Assembly: GCA_964199315.1 (NCBI GenBank) | Contig: OZ116708.1 | Coordinates: 24,924,001 to 24,988,000, forward strand | Length of the DNA: 64,000 nucleotides | Origin: Orbicella franksi | Lineage: Eukaryota | Reading direction: 5' to 3' | Shown here: positions 13,001 through 25,784 of the stretch, one piece after another | How the letters are laid out: each line of letters starts with the position of its first letter | Position numbering within the stretch: position 1 is the first letter of the stretch | Position numbers and translations under genes: made by a program | The notes under the pieces: model-generated | What the model was told of the DNA's origin: nothing | What the model saw: the letters and a program-made list of their open reading frames with translations, nothing else | Database searches by the model: none

Positions 13001-14161
13001 ATTAGTAGTAAAACGCACTATTACACCTTTTGCTGTTCATTTACAGAAAATAAACATTCATTTGTGTCCAAATTTCTTTCTTTATGGTCAATAAACTCTC
13101 ATTAACACCAATATGACCTTCATTTGCGCGTAAGGAACGTTCAAGAATAACATTTACATATGCATTAACATTCAAAATCATCAAAAGATAAACAATACCT
13201 TCATTTGACATTCATTGACTGTAAATGTATTTTCATTTTGGTCGAAAACAAATTCGTTGTCGCGAAACGACAATCATTTACACTTTAGGACATTCAGTTT
13301 TCAACAAAAGACTTGCAATAACACAATTTGCATGAGAACTAACATTCAATTGCATTATTAGGCAGCCATATCCATGAAGGTAATAATCTTTAATGCGGCG
13401 AGACAAACATTACAGCCATAATAACATTTATTTTTGAAAGATAGAATATCAAATTCGTTGAACGATTTATCCTTCAATTGCCTCACTACTTGAGGCATCG
13501 TGGCAAATACGTTTGCATGAAACGAAACCACTGTCCACATTTAGCTGCCGTAATGGTACCGATACATATTTCGTTGTAGAGCTTGCTGCAACAGCTGCGT
13601 GCGATAATTTCACAGAGCAATTCCCTGGCGTCTTGCTTCGTCTCTTTTGACATCGTCAAAGGCCCTGACTATCCTTTCGCGGTGTTCAAATGGGATTCTA
13701 CAGTATTTCTTCGTGGCATTTCTGGAGAAATCTAACTGTCACTATGACACACGTATACTGTAATGGATATGGTTGCCTAATAATGCAACTGAACGTTAGT
13801 TCTCATGCAAATTGTGTTATTGCAAGTCTTTTGTTGAAAACTGAATGTCCTAAAGTGTAAATGATTGTCGTTTCGCGACAACGAATTTTTTTTCGACCAA
13901 AATGAAAATACATTTACAGTCAATGAATGTCAAATGAAGGTATTGTTTATCTTTTGATGATTTTGAATGTTAATACATATGTAAATGTTATTCTTGAACG
14001 TTCCTTACTCTCAAATGAAGGTCATATTGGTGTTAATGAGAGTTTATTGACCATAATGAAAGAAATTTGGACACAAATGAATGTTTATTTTCTGTAAATG
14101 AACAGCAAAAAATGTATTATTATTATTATTATCATTATCATTATTATTACTTTTATTATTG

Positions 14162-14201
<40 letters not shown>

Positions 14202-16448
14202 GAATTAGTATCTCGGCAACTGGTGCTTGCGGTCTTTCAACTCTTTACTCGAGACACCTCCCGTGTCTAGGCATCTTCGCAACTTGCGTTGTTGTTGATT
14301 TCTAGTTTTCTTGTCTGTTGTTTGTTTGTTTTATTTGATTGTTTATCTGTTTCCTTTGTTTATTTATAATACGTGTAATTGACTTGAATTGATCTTCTAC
14401 GCGCAGTATCTCAAGACGGAATTTTTAATTTATATATTTAGTATAAATGATTCTGTTGACTGTTTGCAGGTGCCAGTACCGACTTCGAATTTACTTACCC
14501 AAACAAAGTTATTACCGACTACGTCAGATTTGATCTGCTGGAGTGTGCGCCACCGCTGACCGCTTTCACTGTTTGCCTCTGGATGAGAACCGATGACCAA
14601 TCAGACGACGGCACAATCTTTAGTTACTCAACCCCAGACGAAGACAACGACATTTTAGTGACGGACTACTCGAATTTGAAGATCCTTATTGGGGGTTCCA
14701 AGATGTAAATATCGTCATTTCATTTATAGTATAAAATACATTGCATAATGTTATGAATATAAAATGCGATAAGGAATAAGAGAGAAATAAGTTGGAAAGA
14801 ACTGGGGCGCACCGCCGAAGAGCATGGTCCGGATTGAATGTAATATATCAAACACGAAAGACCGTGTTTGACCACTTTTCCAAACACCGAGAAGAGATTT
14901 GAAAACACGACGCGTAGCGGAGTATTTTTGACGAACTTCGAGGTGTTTGGAAATGCGGTCAAACTCTGTCTTAAGTGTTTGATATATCTTCACAACTGAA
15001 ATTAAAACTAAGGAGAAAACGGAGAAATAAAATCGTTAATATCTATGCTAATTAAGATGATCCAAATATCGGCACAGTCATGATTTCCTTTGTTTAAACG
15101 TCTTGAATAATTAATGAGTTTGAGAAGTAATATTCATTTTGCCCCCTTACTTGAAAACCACTGAGCTTCGTTGTTTACTCTATTGGTGTCGCAACACTAA
15201 GTTCTTTCTCATAGTGACAAATCTCTCCTTACCATTGCGTCTTATTTTACAAGCATCTTAAGTTAACTACCACAAAATATTTAAAAATATGTAAGATCTT
15301 CCATTATAACTTAATCATTATTGAGTTTTGAAGAAGAAAAACACAAGAACAATAGACCAATTTCGATACATTAAAATTCAGCCTAAAACAATAGACCAAC
15401 CACAGCTCGAAGTTCTGGGGAAAAACTACAGAGTATGTGGGGTTTATTCCCCAGAGCCTGGTGCTGAGGTCTATTGTGTTAGGCTGATTTTTAATATATC
15501 GAAACTGCTCTATTAACGCTAAAACATATTATTCAGGGCAACTTAAGCAGCTGCAGCTGCGCTGCCGTGTTGAGAGTAATTTAAGCGGCTGCGAATTAAA
15601 GAAATGCTTAAAACATTGAAATATGCCGCAATTTCAAGCTTGGCATGATTGCAATATCAATAAGAAATTCTCTAAGCTCGCCTGGGGGGAAGAGACTACA
15701 GAATGCACACTACGGGTATAGTTTTGTCGTTTTGTTTGCATTACTGATTTTTGGACTTTTCTTTCTAAAATGGAAATATCTTCTTTTGATATTTATTGGC
15801 CCATAAAACATAAAGTGCAAAAACTTAAAGTGCAAGCAACTAACATTTAGTAGGGAGAGGAGACGACGAAGACTGATTTTAAAAAGGAAAAAAATATTCA
15901 ACTACTGAGAAGTTTTCACGCCGTTACACCAAATTCTCCAGCATAAAATATAATGCGTGGCAGTCAAGAAGGGGATTAATTTTATGTAATATATAATAAC
16001 ATTAATTCGCCGGAGTTAATGCTATAGAGCTTTGTTGATTTAATTTTTCTTACTCAGAACATTTTACACAACCACCAACGATGGAGGGTGGCATCACATA
16101 TGCACAACATGGGAAAACACCGCTGGCGCGTGGGAGTTTTACATTGACGGCCAGCTTTTTGACAGTGGTGATGGTCTTTCGACAGGACGTGAGATCGGAA
16201 GCGATAGCATTTTAATCCTTGGTCAGGATCAAGATGACTATGGGGATGGTTTTGAGCAGGAGCAGAGCTTCAATGGCGAGATTTATAATGTAAACATGTG
16301 GAACAGTGTTCTGCCGGCTGACGAAATTTTGCATATGTCGACTGATTGTGCTGATGGTGTTGGCAACTATCTGAGGTGGAAAGATTTCGTGGATGCAAAT
16401 GTCTATGGCGATGTGACCAAAACGTCTTCCGTCAGTTGTGTGCCCTGA
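10020..16448 (+). CDS. Secreted PAN/Apple + pentraxin domain protein, gene 1 (328 aa)
   Basis: Exons 10020-10131, 10998-11212, 12160-12193, 14470-14704 and 16058-16448 are all GT-AG with compatible phases and total 987 nt. Hydrophobic signal peptide MKPTQTIVILLVMTRVAG; PAN-like DCHALCLRHPRCLSYNY...CEIN...C; pentraxin motifs FTVCLW, WHHICTTWEN and LGQDQD..G.GF...QSFNGEI. Confidence 0.88.
10251..10530 (+). mobile_element. tRNA-derived SINE in intron 1 (copy at 26016-26295)
   Basis: A box TGGCCTCATGG, B box GGTTCGAGC, conserved core GTGTATAAATGGGTACCGG...GGTAACCCTGC, (TTACC)n tail, TGAGTGATC on both flanks. Confidence 0.9.
11240..11570 (-). mobile_element. hAT-like MITE with CCCGGG ends in intron 2 (copy at ~26999-27327)
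   Basis: Inverted ends CATATAAAAAGGAC / GTCCTTTTTATATG with a poly-C/G terminus. Same family as the Crypton-interrupted copy at 48294-50602. Confidence 0.8.
11719..12112. mobile_element. Non-autonomous DNA element with TTAAGCAACGACGAC-type inverted ends (copies at ~27478-27872 and ~53588-53975)
   Basis: Three recognisably homologous copies in the window with inverted termini. Confidence 0.7.
12474..12778 (+). mobile_element. tRNA-derived SINE in intron 3 of gene 1
   Basis: Full-length head, core and tail. The left TSD is partly deleted relative to the copy at 28406-28710. Confidence 0.92.
13024..14114 (-). mobile_element. Internally deleted Tc1/mariner element with 352-bp TIRs
   Basis: TIRs at 13024-13375 and 13763-14114, TA on both flanks. 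The minus-strand remnant 13719..13467 fuses an N-terminal piece (MPR...RIPFEHRERIVRAF) to a C-terminal piece (RTQLLQQALQRN...TITAAKCGQWFRFMQTYLPRCL...EAIEG*). No DDE core remains. Confidence 0.8.
14115..14200. repeat. (TAT)n microsatellite
   Basis: Direct reading. It explains the poly-Tyr ORF 14067..14270. Confidence 0.95.
14843..15125 (+). mobile_element. Hairpin-ended non-autonomous repeat, Crypton-like (inverted copy at 51344-51496)
   Basis: Stem-loop ATATATCAAACAC...GTGTTTGATATAT (14843-14987) with a central GACGCGTAGCGGAG loop. Confidence 0.5.
15351..15514. mobile_element. MITE with AATAG...TTTCGATATATTAAAATTCAGC TIRs (relative at ~38993-39148)
   Basis: Terminal inverted repeats are visible in both copies. 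Confidence 0.7.
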
Positions 16449-17469
16449 ACTGAGCATGCGCCGTTGCTGCTTGACGTTGAGTTTTGAACTGAACATTAAG
16501 TAAACCATTCCAATAAGGGTGTAGTTAGTAGGGATTGTTTTAAAAGGGTGTAATTTTGCTGTTATGAGGGTTCTGTTATATAAATGAGTTCTATCACGTT
16601 CAAAATATTAAACGAGGAAGCATAACCAATTACTACAAATCTAGATACCACTCATAACAAGGTGTTAAGACCTTGAATATTCTGGCATTCAGTGTTTTTT
16701 TTTCTTTTTCTTCTTCTTTATCCTTTTTAAATGCTACTTACCCTACTTACAATACAATATTAATGTAGTTACTTACACTACTTACAAAAAACTTATTACT
16801 TACGCCACTTACGATACTAACACTTACTCTATATAATACGCATACTCACGCTACTAACAATACTAATACTTACACTGCTTACAATACAACATAATTAGAT
16901 TACTTGCCCTTCTTACAATTCTAGCACGGTAAGATCATACCAGTTTACTCCTGTCACTAATGTACATTCCGAGTTGCAAATTACAGAAAATATGCATGGT
17001 ATATATATATGCGCCTTGTTTTTTTTTCCTTTCATTTTTATTTTCGTTTTCAGGGGACTAGGGTCGAGTTGTCAAGAGATTACAAAAGAGGCAACACAGG
17101 CTCCCACTTTTTTAAAACGATTGTAGTTGTATTTTTGGCATTCAGTGTTGCTGTTTATCGTTACTCTCAGTTGGAACAAAAATTAAACTGGAACTGTTGA
17201 AACTAGTTAGAGGTGTGCATCCATAACAACTACTTGTCAGCATTGAGGTTTCTGCAGGGGTCTGAATTCGCGATAAATTCAAACTAAAAATAGATCGGTC
17301 AGTGAAAACGTCGCGACAGGAATACAGGGGTAGTTGCACGCTCCCAGTGATGGACTCTTGAGTAAACTATAAGATTATTTTTTAAGTACCTGTCCTACAC
17401 ACTCAAAATTGCTCTCAGAACATTACTAAGAGAGAATGTCCCCGAAGACAGCGTGAAAACACAGAAATG

Positions 17470-19234
17470 TGGCATATGCTTGAAAAATTGATTTCCCTCA
17501 TCTTTCGCTCATGATGAGTTAATAAACGTGGTATATTTGTTTTGTTCAGATCTGCTTTTGTTTTCCAAAAGAAATGCAAAAATTGTACGTGATGCCAACC
17601 GCTACAAAATAGTGGACATTAGTGCCCCGAGTATCAAGAACTTCGCTCCTGAAAAGTGCAAAAGCCAGTTCGCTTTTCTTCTTTTTGAGTATTTGTATAG
17701 GAGGTATTGACAAATTATTTAAGCCGAAAACTAGGATTTTTCTAATTTTGAATTCACGGCGCGTGTTTAAAAATCATCAATATTTTACGGTTTTAAAATC
17801 TAATTTTGGAGTATTTTTTCAAGACACGTTTTTCCTATGCGGTATAACTCCGAATCACTTGAGATTAAAGCTGTGATTAGTGGAAATGTTCTTCTTTTCA
17901 AGGATATAAAGATTAGTTTGGGGCTAGGCTTTTAATTACCGCACGGAAATTGGGAAAATCGCTATCTCGAGGTGTCAACAACTGCAAATAATCGAATTAG
18001 AGTCTTTGTTGTCGAACTCAAAATTGCGAGCAAATCTTAGTTCTTAGCATCCTGTTAAATAAAAAAATCAATGTTATAAGCTCACCTTGTAAATCCAGTG
18101 GCTCTAGATGGGGTTTGTCTCTATTTTCTTACCCAAACTGTTATCATCGCATCGACCCTTTTTTACCAACTAGAAATGACACAATAAACAAGCATACTGT
18201 ACGGCTCTTGCACGAAACATCGTAGTTTTTGTCAGATTTAACCATATTTGAAATTCATACGGCTATGGTATTTGAGATAACTTGACTGCATGATATAGAA
18301 CGATGATTCAATTATTTATAGTTGCAGGGAAACAAATTTTGAAGCCCGAAGGCGCGCATTTAGCAGAGTCTTGTCCAAGATGATACGTCGCTCAAGTTTG
18401 TCACGCAATGAAACTAAATGCACAGGATACGCAATAAAACCAAGATATATCCTGTGGTAGTATGACTACGTCTACTTGTATCGGCTTGAAACTAAACCCC
18501 CTAGCTGAGATAGATGTTAGATCTCTGGTCAACTTTTTTTATGATAAGATTATGCTATTAATTCCGAGCAATGTTATGTTGCCACATGTTTGAAAACATG
18601 ATAAAATCATTATATGTTTTGACTGAATACACATCGAACCCTGTTATTTCTTTACATTTATCCATTTGCAGTAGCGGATCTAGGGGAGGGGCCCGGGAAG
18701 ACCTCTCCGTCTTATCTAAGGTAAAAAAAGAAATCGTAGAAGGAAGAAAAGCCGGCAGGGCAGGCCAAAATAACCGGGCCCCCAACTTAGCTCAAGGTCT
18801 GGATCCGCCACTGATTTGTATCACTGAGGCACTACTGGCGAGTGCCGTAAGATGTCGGATGATTAGTCACAGTTCTCATCTCTACTGGCCGAAGTCTTAA
18901 TATAGGGGCTCCTCCCTGGGAGTGGAATTAAGAGGAAGAGAAAATATTACCCAACAGATTTCCGTGCGCAAACACCGTGCACACAATACTGAATGGAACC
19001 ACTGGCCAAATAGCTACACCCGGCCCAATTTGACATCCCCGCCTAAACCGGATTCAGTTGACGAAACCAAATCAGGAAAACTGCATTTACAGGCTGCGAC
19101 AGTCAGTGACTGTTATTTCTTTCCCAGAAATAAGTGCAGGTGCTATTTAAGATACGCTATATAAAATAAGCGGTGTTAACAAAGGGAGAAAGAAAGAAAA
19201 GTAAATTGAAAGATAGAAAGGTAGAAAGAAAGAA

Positions 19235-19275
<41 letters not shown>

Positions 19276-20472
19276 GAGCCGGAAAAAAACAAATTAACCT
19301 ACGAGATACTTGTCGCCTGGACTTTTTCAGTCTGTGGCTTGAATGCCACCGTTGCGTTTTAGTTTAAGTCACAGCAGAATCATAAATTAGCAAAACTGCG
19401 TAGACTTTGCAGAGCCAACAGCAATAAATATGCCTGCACATTAAGCGTTCAAAAATGGTCTTTGATTCCACGGTCAGCCTTGCACTATTTCCATGGGCAT
19501 GACTCGATAATATTTCTGGCACGCGGCATCGACGAGAGCCTCTTCGCCACCCAGTGCATAAAGATGAGCGATGAGCAGGACAGATAGTCATCCTCGAAAT
19601 ATCATAAGGGGCAGTGAACCTTGATCCCCGCGCTAAGATTAAGTCGATCTCCGACTCAACATCAGTGCCGCCGACGGAATGAGCGTGTGTGAAGATGTGT
19701 TTTCCACATGAAAGTAACGGGACTATAAGCGCACCTTTTTCGTTTGCTCGACTTCTTTTATTTTGAGAGCGCTGTTCCCTCAGTTGATCCTTGATCCTTC
19801 GTCTTTCCTTTCGGCCTTTCTGTCAAGGATTTGCTTTAAGTATTCTAGATCAAAAGCAGCAGGTTTTTTTTTTTTTTTCAAAAATACAAACAGACGAAAA
19901 AAAAAGCTATTTGCGTTTCTGCAAAATATGGCACCTCTCAAAGTTCCATTTACGTGGGCCTTCCTTAAAGACCTGTGACATGTCAACGCGTGGCGTACAA
20001 ACAATACATGTTTTGAACATATTAGCACCGGATTCAGTAATTTTGCTCGTTTCGGCCACTAAGATGGTTAGAATTTACTTGTTTACAAGCTCACTTGTAC
20101 GTCATAGAAAGATAGAAGCTAAGAAATACTTGATACTGTCAAGAATTGCGATGTTTTTACAAGAGCCATCCAAGTACTGCTCAGATCGGTTATTCGTTCG
20201 GTAAACACTGTTGAACGGAAGATTCAGAAGATGACTATTTGAACAGAAAATATGGATAAAAACCCATCTACAGCCACTGGATTTACAAGGTGAGCTTATA
20301 ATATTCATTTTTTATTTAACAGGACGCTAAGAACTAAGTTTTGCTTTTACTATGATTTTGGGTTCGATAACAGAAACTCTAATTCGACTATTTGCAGTTG
20401 TTGACACCTCGAGGTAGCGACTTTCCCGATTTCCGTGCGGTAATTAAAAGCTCCAAACTAATCTTTATATCC

Positions 20473-20506
<34 letters not shown>

Positions 20507-20580
20507 TAATCTCAAGTGATTCAGAGTTATTCCACATAGGAAAAACGTGTCTTGAAAAAGCGCTCCAAAATTAGATTTTA

Positions 20581-20615
<35 letters not shown>

Positions 20616-20674
20616 CGTGAATTCAAAATTAGACGAAAAATCCTGGTTTTGAGCTTAAATAATTTGCCAATACA

Positions 20675-20717
<43 letters not shown>

Positions 20718-22161
20718 GCACTTTTCAGGAGCGAAGTTCTTGTGTTGATACTCGGCGCACTAGTGTTCGCCATTTTTGAAGTGGTCGGCATCTTGTACAG
20801 TTTTTGCGAATTTTCTGAAGTGTTTTTATTCGTGGCTGTGTTAAATGGTCACTGGACGATACGACTCTTCGCAGTAGGCAGATTGGCGCTCTACATTCGC
20901 ATCATTGCCTAAATGGTTACACCCTTAGGGTTTCACACATTATGCTCTCTTCATTATGCTAATACTCGATGCTCGAAGAGTCTCGCTGTTATTGTGCTTC
21001 ATTATGTTTACATAAAAAAAGATAATATTTTCCCTTAACGCTTGTCATATTGAAGTGCGAGCGACGCCTCGTTGTAATTCTCCATTGCTCTGGTTTGACC
21101 CTTACATATCAACAGGGGCAGTGAACATTGATCCCCGCGCTAAGATAAAGTCGATCTCCGACTCAACATCAGTGCCGCCGACGGAATGAACGGGTGCGAA
21201 GATGTGTTTTCCACATGAAAGTAACGGGAGTATAAGCGCACCTTTTTCGTTTGCTCGACTTCTTTTATTTTGAGACCGCTGTTCACTCAGTTAATTTCCA
21301 TTCTCAACTCCGCCGGTGTACAAAACTCAGTGATTATCTGCTTGTTTAAGAAATTTTGCGTCTCAATTTTTTTTAATTATTACGTCGCTGTTCCTATGAA
21401 AAGTTTACGTTTGTCTCTATTCAACTTTTTGTACATTGTATGTTTGTTTGTTGATTTGCTTTGTTTTCTTTTGTAATTGTTCGCCCCTCTTGCCTACTTG
21501 TCATTAGGTCTTTCGTCCTTGATCCTTCGTCTTTCCTTTCGGCCTTTCTGTCAAGGATTTGCTTTAAGTATTCTAGCTCAAAAGCAGTAGGTTTAATTTT
21601 TTTCAAAAATACAAACAAACGAAACAAAAAGCTATTTGCGTTTCTACAAAATATGGCACCTCTCAAAGTTCCATTTACGTGGGCCTTCCTTAACGGCGTG
21701 TGACATGTCAACGCGTGACGTACAAACAATACATGTTTCGAACATATTAGCACCGGATTCAGTAATTTTGCTCGTTTCGGCCACTAAGATAGTTAGAATT
21801 TACTTGTTTACAAGCTCACTTGTACGTCATAGAAAGATAGAAGCTAAGAAATGCTTGATACTGTCAAGAATTGCGATGTTTTTACAAGAGCTATCCAAGT
21901 ACTGCTCAGATCGGTTATTCGTTCGGTAAACACTGTTGAACGGAAGATTCAGAAGATGACTATTTGAACAGAAAATATGGATAAAAACCCATCTACAGCC
22001 ACTGGATTTACAAGGTGAGCTTATAATATTCATTTTTTATTTAACAGGATGCTAAGAACTAAGTTTTGCTTTTACTATGATTTTGGGTTCGATAACAGAA
22101 ACTCTAATTCGACTATTTGCAGTTGTTGACACCTCGAGGTAGCGACTTTCCCGATTTCCGT

Positions 22162-22196
<35 letters not shown>

Positions 22197-22197
22197 C

Positions 22198-22231
<34 letters not shown>

Positions 22232-22861
22232 TAATCTCAAGTGATTCGGAGTTATTCCACATAGGAAAAACGTGTCTTGAAAAAACGCTCCAAAATTTGA
22301 TTTTGAAACCAAAAAATATTGGTGATTTTTAAACACGCGCCGTGAATTCATAATTGGACGAAAAATCCTGGTTTTCGGCTTAAATAATTTGCCAAAACAT
22401 CCCACACAAATATACAAAAAGAAGAAAAGCGAACTTGCTTTTGCACTTTTCAGGAGCGAAGTTCTGGTGTTGATACTCGGCGCACTAATGTCCGCCATTT
22501 TTGAAGTGGTCGGCATCTTGTACAGTTTTTGCGAATTTTCTGAAAAACAAAAGTAGATCTATTAAAGCAAAAAAATTATACCACGTTTATTAACTCATCA
22601 TGGGATATCTCTGAGCGAAATATGAGCATAGTCATTTTTTGGACCATGTGCCACCTCTCACTCGGTCACGAAAAGAAGGCGTTCTTTTAAGATGCAAATA
22701 TTTCGTGAAATGTTGAGGGGGGAGCAAATCGAAGTTAGTCTTTAAAAGACTCTTTGAGACACAACGACAAAATTTCCAAACTTTCGCGAGGCTTAATCAA
22801 TTTAACATCATTACCTCGTTTTCAATTTTTCACCTAATATTTTTCCAGCTTCAGTGCACTT
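17470..22861 (-). mobile_element. Degenerate long-TIR DNA transposon (Sola3-like), copy 2
   Basis: Duplicate of 1-7096. The left arm fades into unrelated sequence near 17470. Confidence 0.6.
19608..22545 (+). repeat. 1725-bp tandem array, about 1.7 units (one fewer than copy 1)
   Basis: ORFs recur at 20392/22117 only. Confidence 0.95.
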
Positions 22862-25784
22862 TTAGGGCAATTTTTATCAAAACAATACCGTTATTTATAG
22901 GTTCCCGAGTCGGTGATATTAGTTCTTATTATATGGCTGTATCTCACAAAGACTGGGAACTACCGAATTCACGAATTTGATTGGCTGAAATCGATATTGA
23001 CCGCGGTCTAGATTTTCCCATCTAGATCGGCATCTGGCTAGACCGGTTTCATTTTGCGTTGAAAAAGTAGCAAACTAAAATACAAAAATGTACACCATTT
23101 CTTTTATTTTCTTCTCATGGAAGTGCCAAAAAGCTTGATGACAAAAAAAAAAGTAAAGAGGACGAGCAAATTTCGGCAGGTTTAAGTTAAGCTCATCGCC
23201 GTTCGCAAGCAAACTGTCAGCAAACCAGTTACATTAAACGAATTAAAGTTTTCTTCTTTGCCATATAATAAACATCTTATTAACCGAGCTAAGTCGGTCT
23301 GTATGGGAGAATTTTGACCTCGGCCGTGTGTAGAATATAGTGTTTTGAAAGCATGAAGTGTTTTTATTCGTGGCAGTGTTAAATGGTCACTGGACAATAC
23401 GACTCTTCGCAGTAGGCTAATTGGCGCTCTATTCGCACCATTGCCTAAATGGTTACACCTTTAGGGTTTCACGCATTATGCTCTCTTCATTATGCTAATA
23501 CTCGATGCTCGAAGAGTCTCGCTATTATTGTGCTTCATTATGTTTACATAAAAAAAGATAATATTTTCCCTTAACGCTTGTCATATTGAAGTGCGAGCGA
23601 CGCCTCGTTGTAATTCTCCATTGCTCTGGTTTGACCGTTACATATTAACAGGGGCAGTGAACATTGATCCCCGCGCTAAGATAAAGTCGATCTCCGACTT
23701 GTAATTCTCCATTGCTCTGGTTTGACTGTTACGAACTAATTTTTGTAGTAATGAAAAACAAAATCGCTCAGGTGCAGCAGAAAAAAATTGAATTAACAAA
23801 ACCTTCTTGCATGCTGAAGCCAAAATTGGAAGCTTTCTTTCATGTTGAAACAACCAGGAGTAACAAATTACTCTCGGCCTATATGCTGGACTATACCGCC
23901 TCAAGGGCCGGAATCAGCCAGTTTTTATCACTATTTATTGGCATAATTCTCGATACTTTTGCCTCAATATTATGCTTAAAATAAGGTCGGAATGATGTGT
24001 TCATCCCGATACAACTTTCTGTCCACTCCTCCTTCTTTTCCCCCTTCCCCCCTCAACATTATTCATGGTTGCTTATAATGGCTGGTAATTTGACTGAGCA
24101 ATATCATGGAATTGCCGGCATGATTTAATTGGGCCTACTTATTTTACGAAACGCACTAACAGAATCTTTGAAACTGAACTTGTAGAAATACCTGCTTAGG
24201 GTTTTTAGCTAGAATGCAGGCACATTTTCTAAAACACACATTTTCTTGGCATATATGGGAGCCCTAAATAAGCCGTGCAATCAAAATGCAAGTTATATAT
24301 TGAACAAGTTACATTCATTATTTAGTCCGGCTACATAGCTAACCACCACTTTGTGAGACACCAACGTTAACATACTGACACTCACAGCTACATTTTAGTG
24401 GTCAGTTCGTGGCTCGATTAACGCTTTTCTATCATATCAATTAGCACAAAATAATTAATAGCTGACAGGAATTAAGACGTCAATGTGTTTCAATTACCTT
24501 GCCTTCTCTAATTGTGCATTGTGTCCTTATTTAGCGATAAGGCTAAGACCATTGCTGTTTATTCGTTTAAAATCTCTTAAAAACTAGAACACAGGGACGG
24601 TTTGTCACTGAGTCCGCCCTAAATGATTAAAAAAGAAAGAACGTTACAGCTTGTTGTTAATTTTGTTAGCCGGCTAAACCAACATTGACCTTGTTTACCT
24701 CTGGCGCACCTGCATGAATTACTGATTAAAAAAGCCTGATTGGTTGCAGTTTGGATCACTTAACAAAAAGGACCCAAAGATTGAAGCATAAGGGGACCCT
24801 TTGGCACTCAGGGTGACCAAATATAAACATGGTTAATGATTTACGGACACAATAACAAAAGCCAAAGGAGGAGAGGCAAAATATGTATATTAGTTAATTA
24901 ACAGGTTAACCGACAGTCTGACAACATACTCAAGAAGACAGAAGCAAAAACGGTATGTATATCATTCTACCTAGGTTTTATGTGATGGTAAATTAAGCCT
25001 TGTCCAGTCGGGAAATGTTTGGCGATCAAACACGATCAAACATTGTTTGGTAACCAAACATTTTCGCGTTGGATCGTGTTTGAACGGACATCAAACATTT
25101 GATCAAACACTGTCAACCATTTTGCTCGTTTGGTTGGTAATCAAACATGCTTGATACCGTATGGCCACTCAGTTCAACATCAACATGTTTGGTCACCAAA
25201 CAACTTGTGTTTGATCGTGTTTGGTCGCCAAACATTTCTCGTCTGGACAAGGCTGAGAGTCCAGAATTTGAGGGCACCAAGTCTTTCAAGGGAAAGCTAA
25301 GTAAAATCAGAAAGCCGAGACTCATTTCATTCACACCCAGCTAATAACATCGAACAGCTGAAATGAATGCGAATTGTTAAATCGCCATCAGTCCTTTAGG
25401 CTAGAGTCTAAGAATCTCGTCTAGTTGCACGTACAGCCAATGTCAAAGCTTAGCTAAAGCTCACCAAATAAAACTGTCACATTTTGTTGTCAGTGTGAGA
25501 GGCAGACTGAAGACAGGAGGTAAATTGCAGACTGAGGGTACAATGTAGACTGCATTGTGATGTTAAATTTTGACGAACGAAAGCTATAACAACACGGGAT
25601 GATTGGTGTCGGAATCGATCCTTTGCCATACTGGCTTATATCCTATCCAACCGGCCCTCCATTTTTAACAACTCCTCCTTCCCCACCCCAGATATTATTT
25701 CTTGTAATCAGTCCCTGAGCTAAGGAATGAATTATGCTTCCTTTTTTTTTTTTTTTCCCTAGAGTGTACTTATTAAGATTTGCG

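Noticed and set aside
14067-14270. Poly-tyrosine ORF
   Set aside because: It is a product of the (TAT)n microsatellite.
14720-14993. ORFs MTAFPNTSKFVKNTPLRVVFS... and its overlap
   Set aside because: They are translations of a palindromic non-autonomous repeat.
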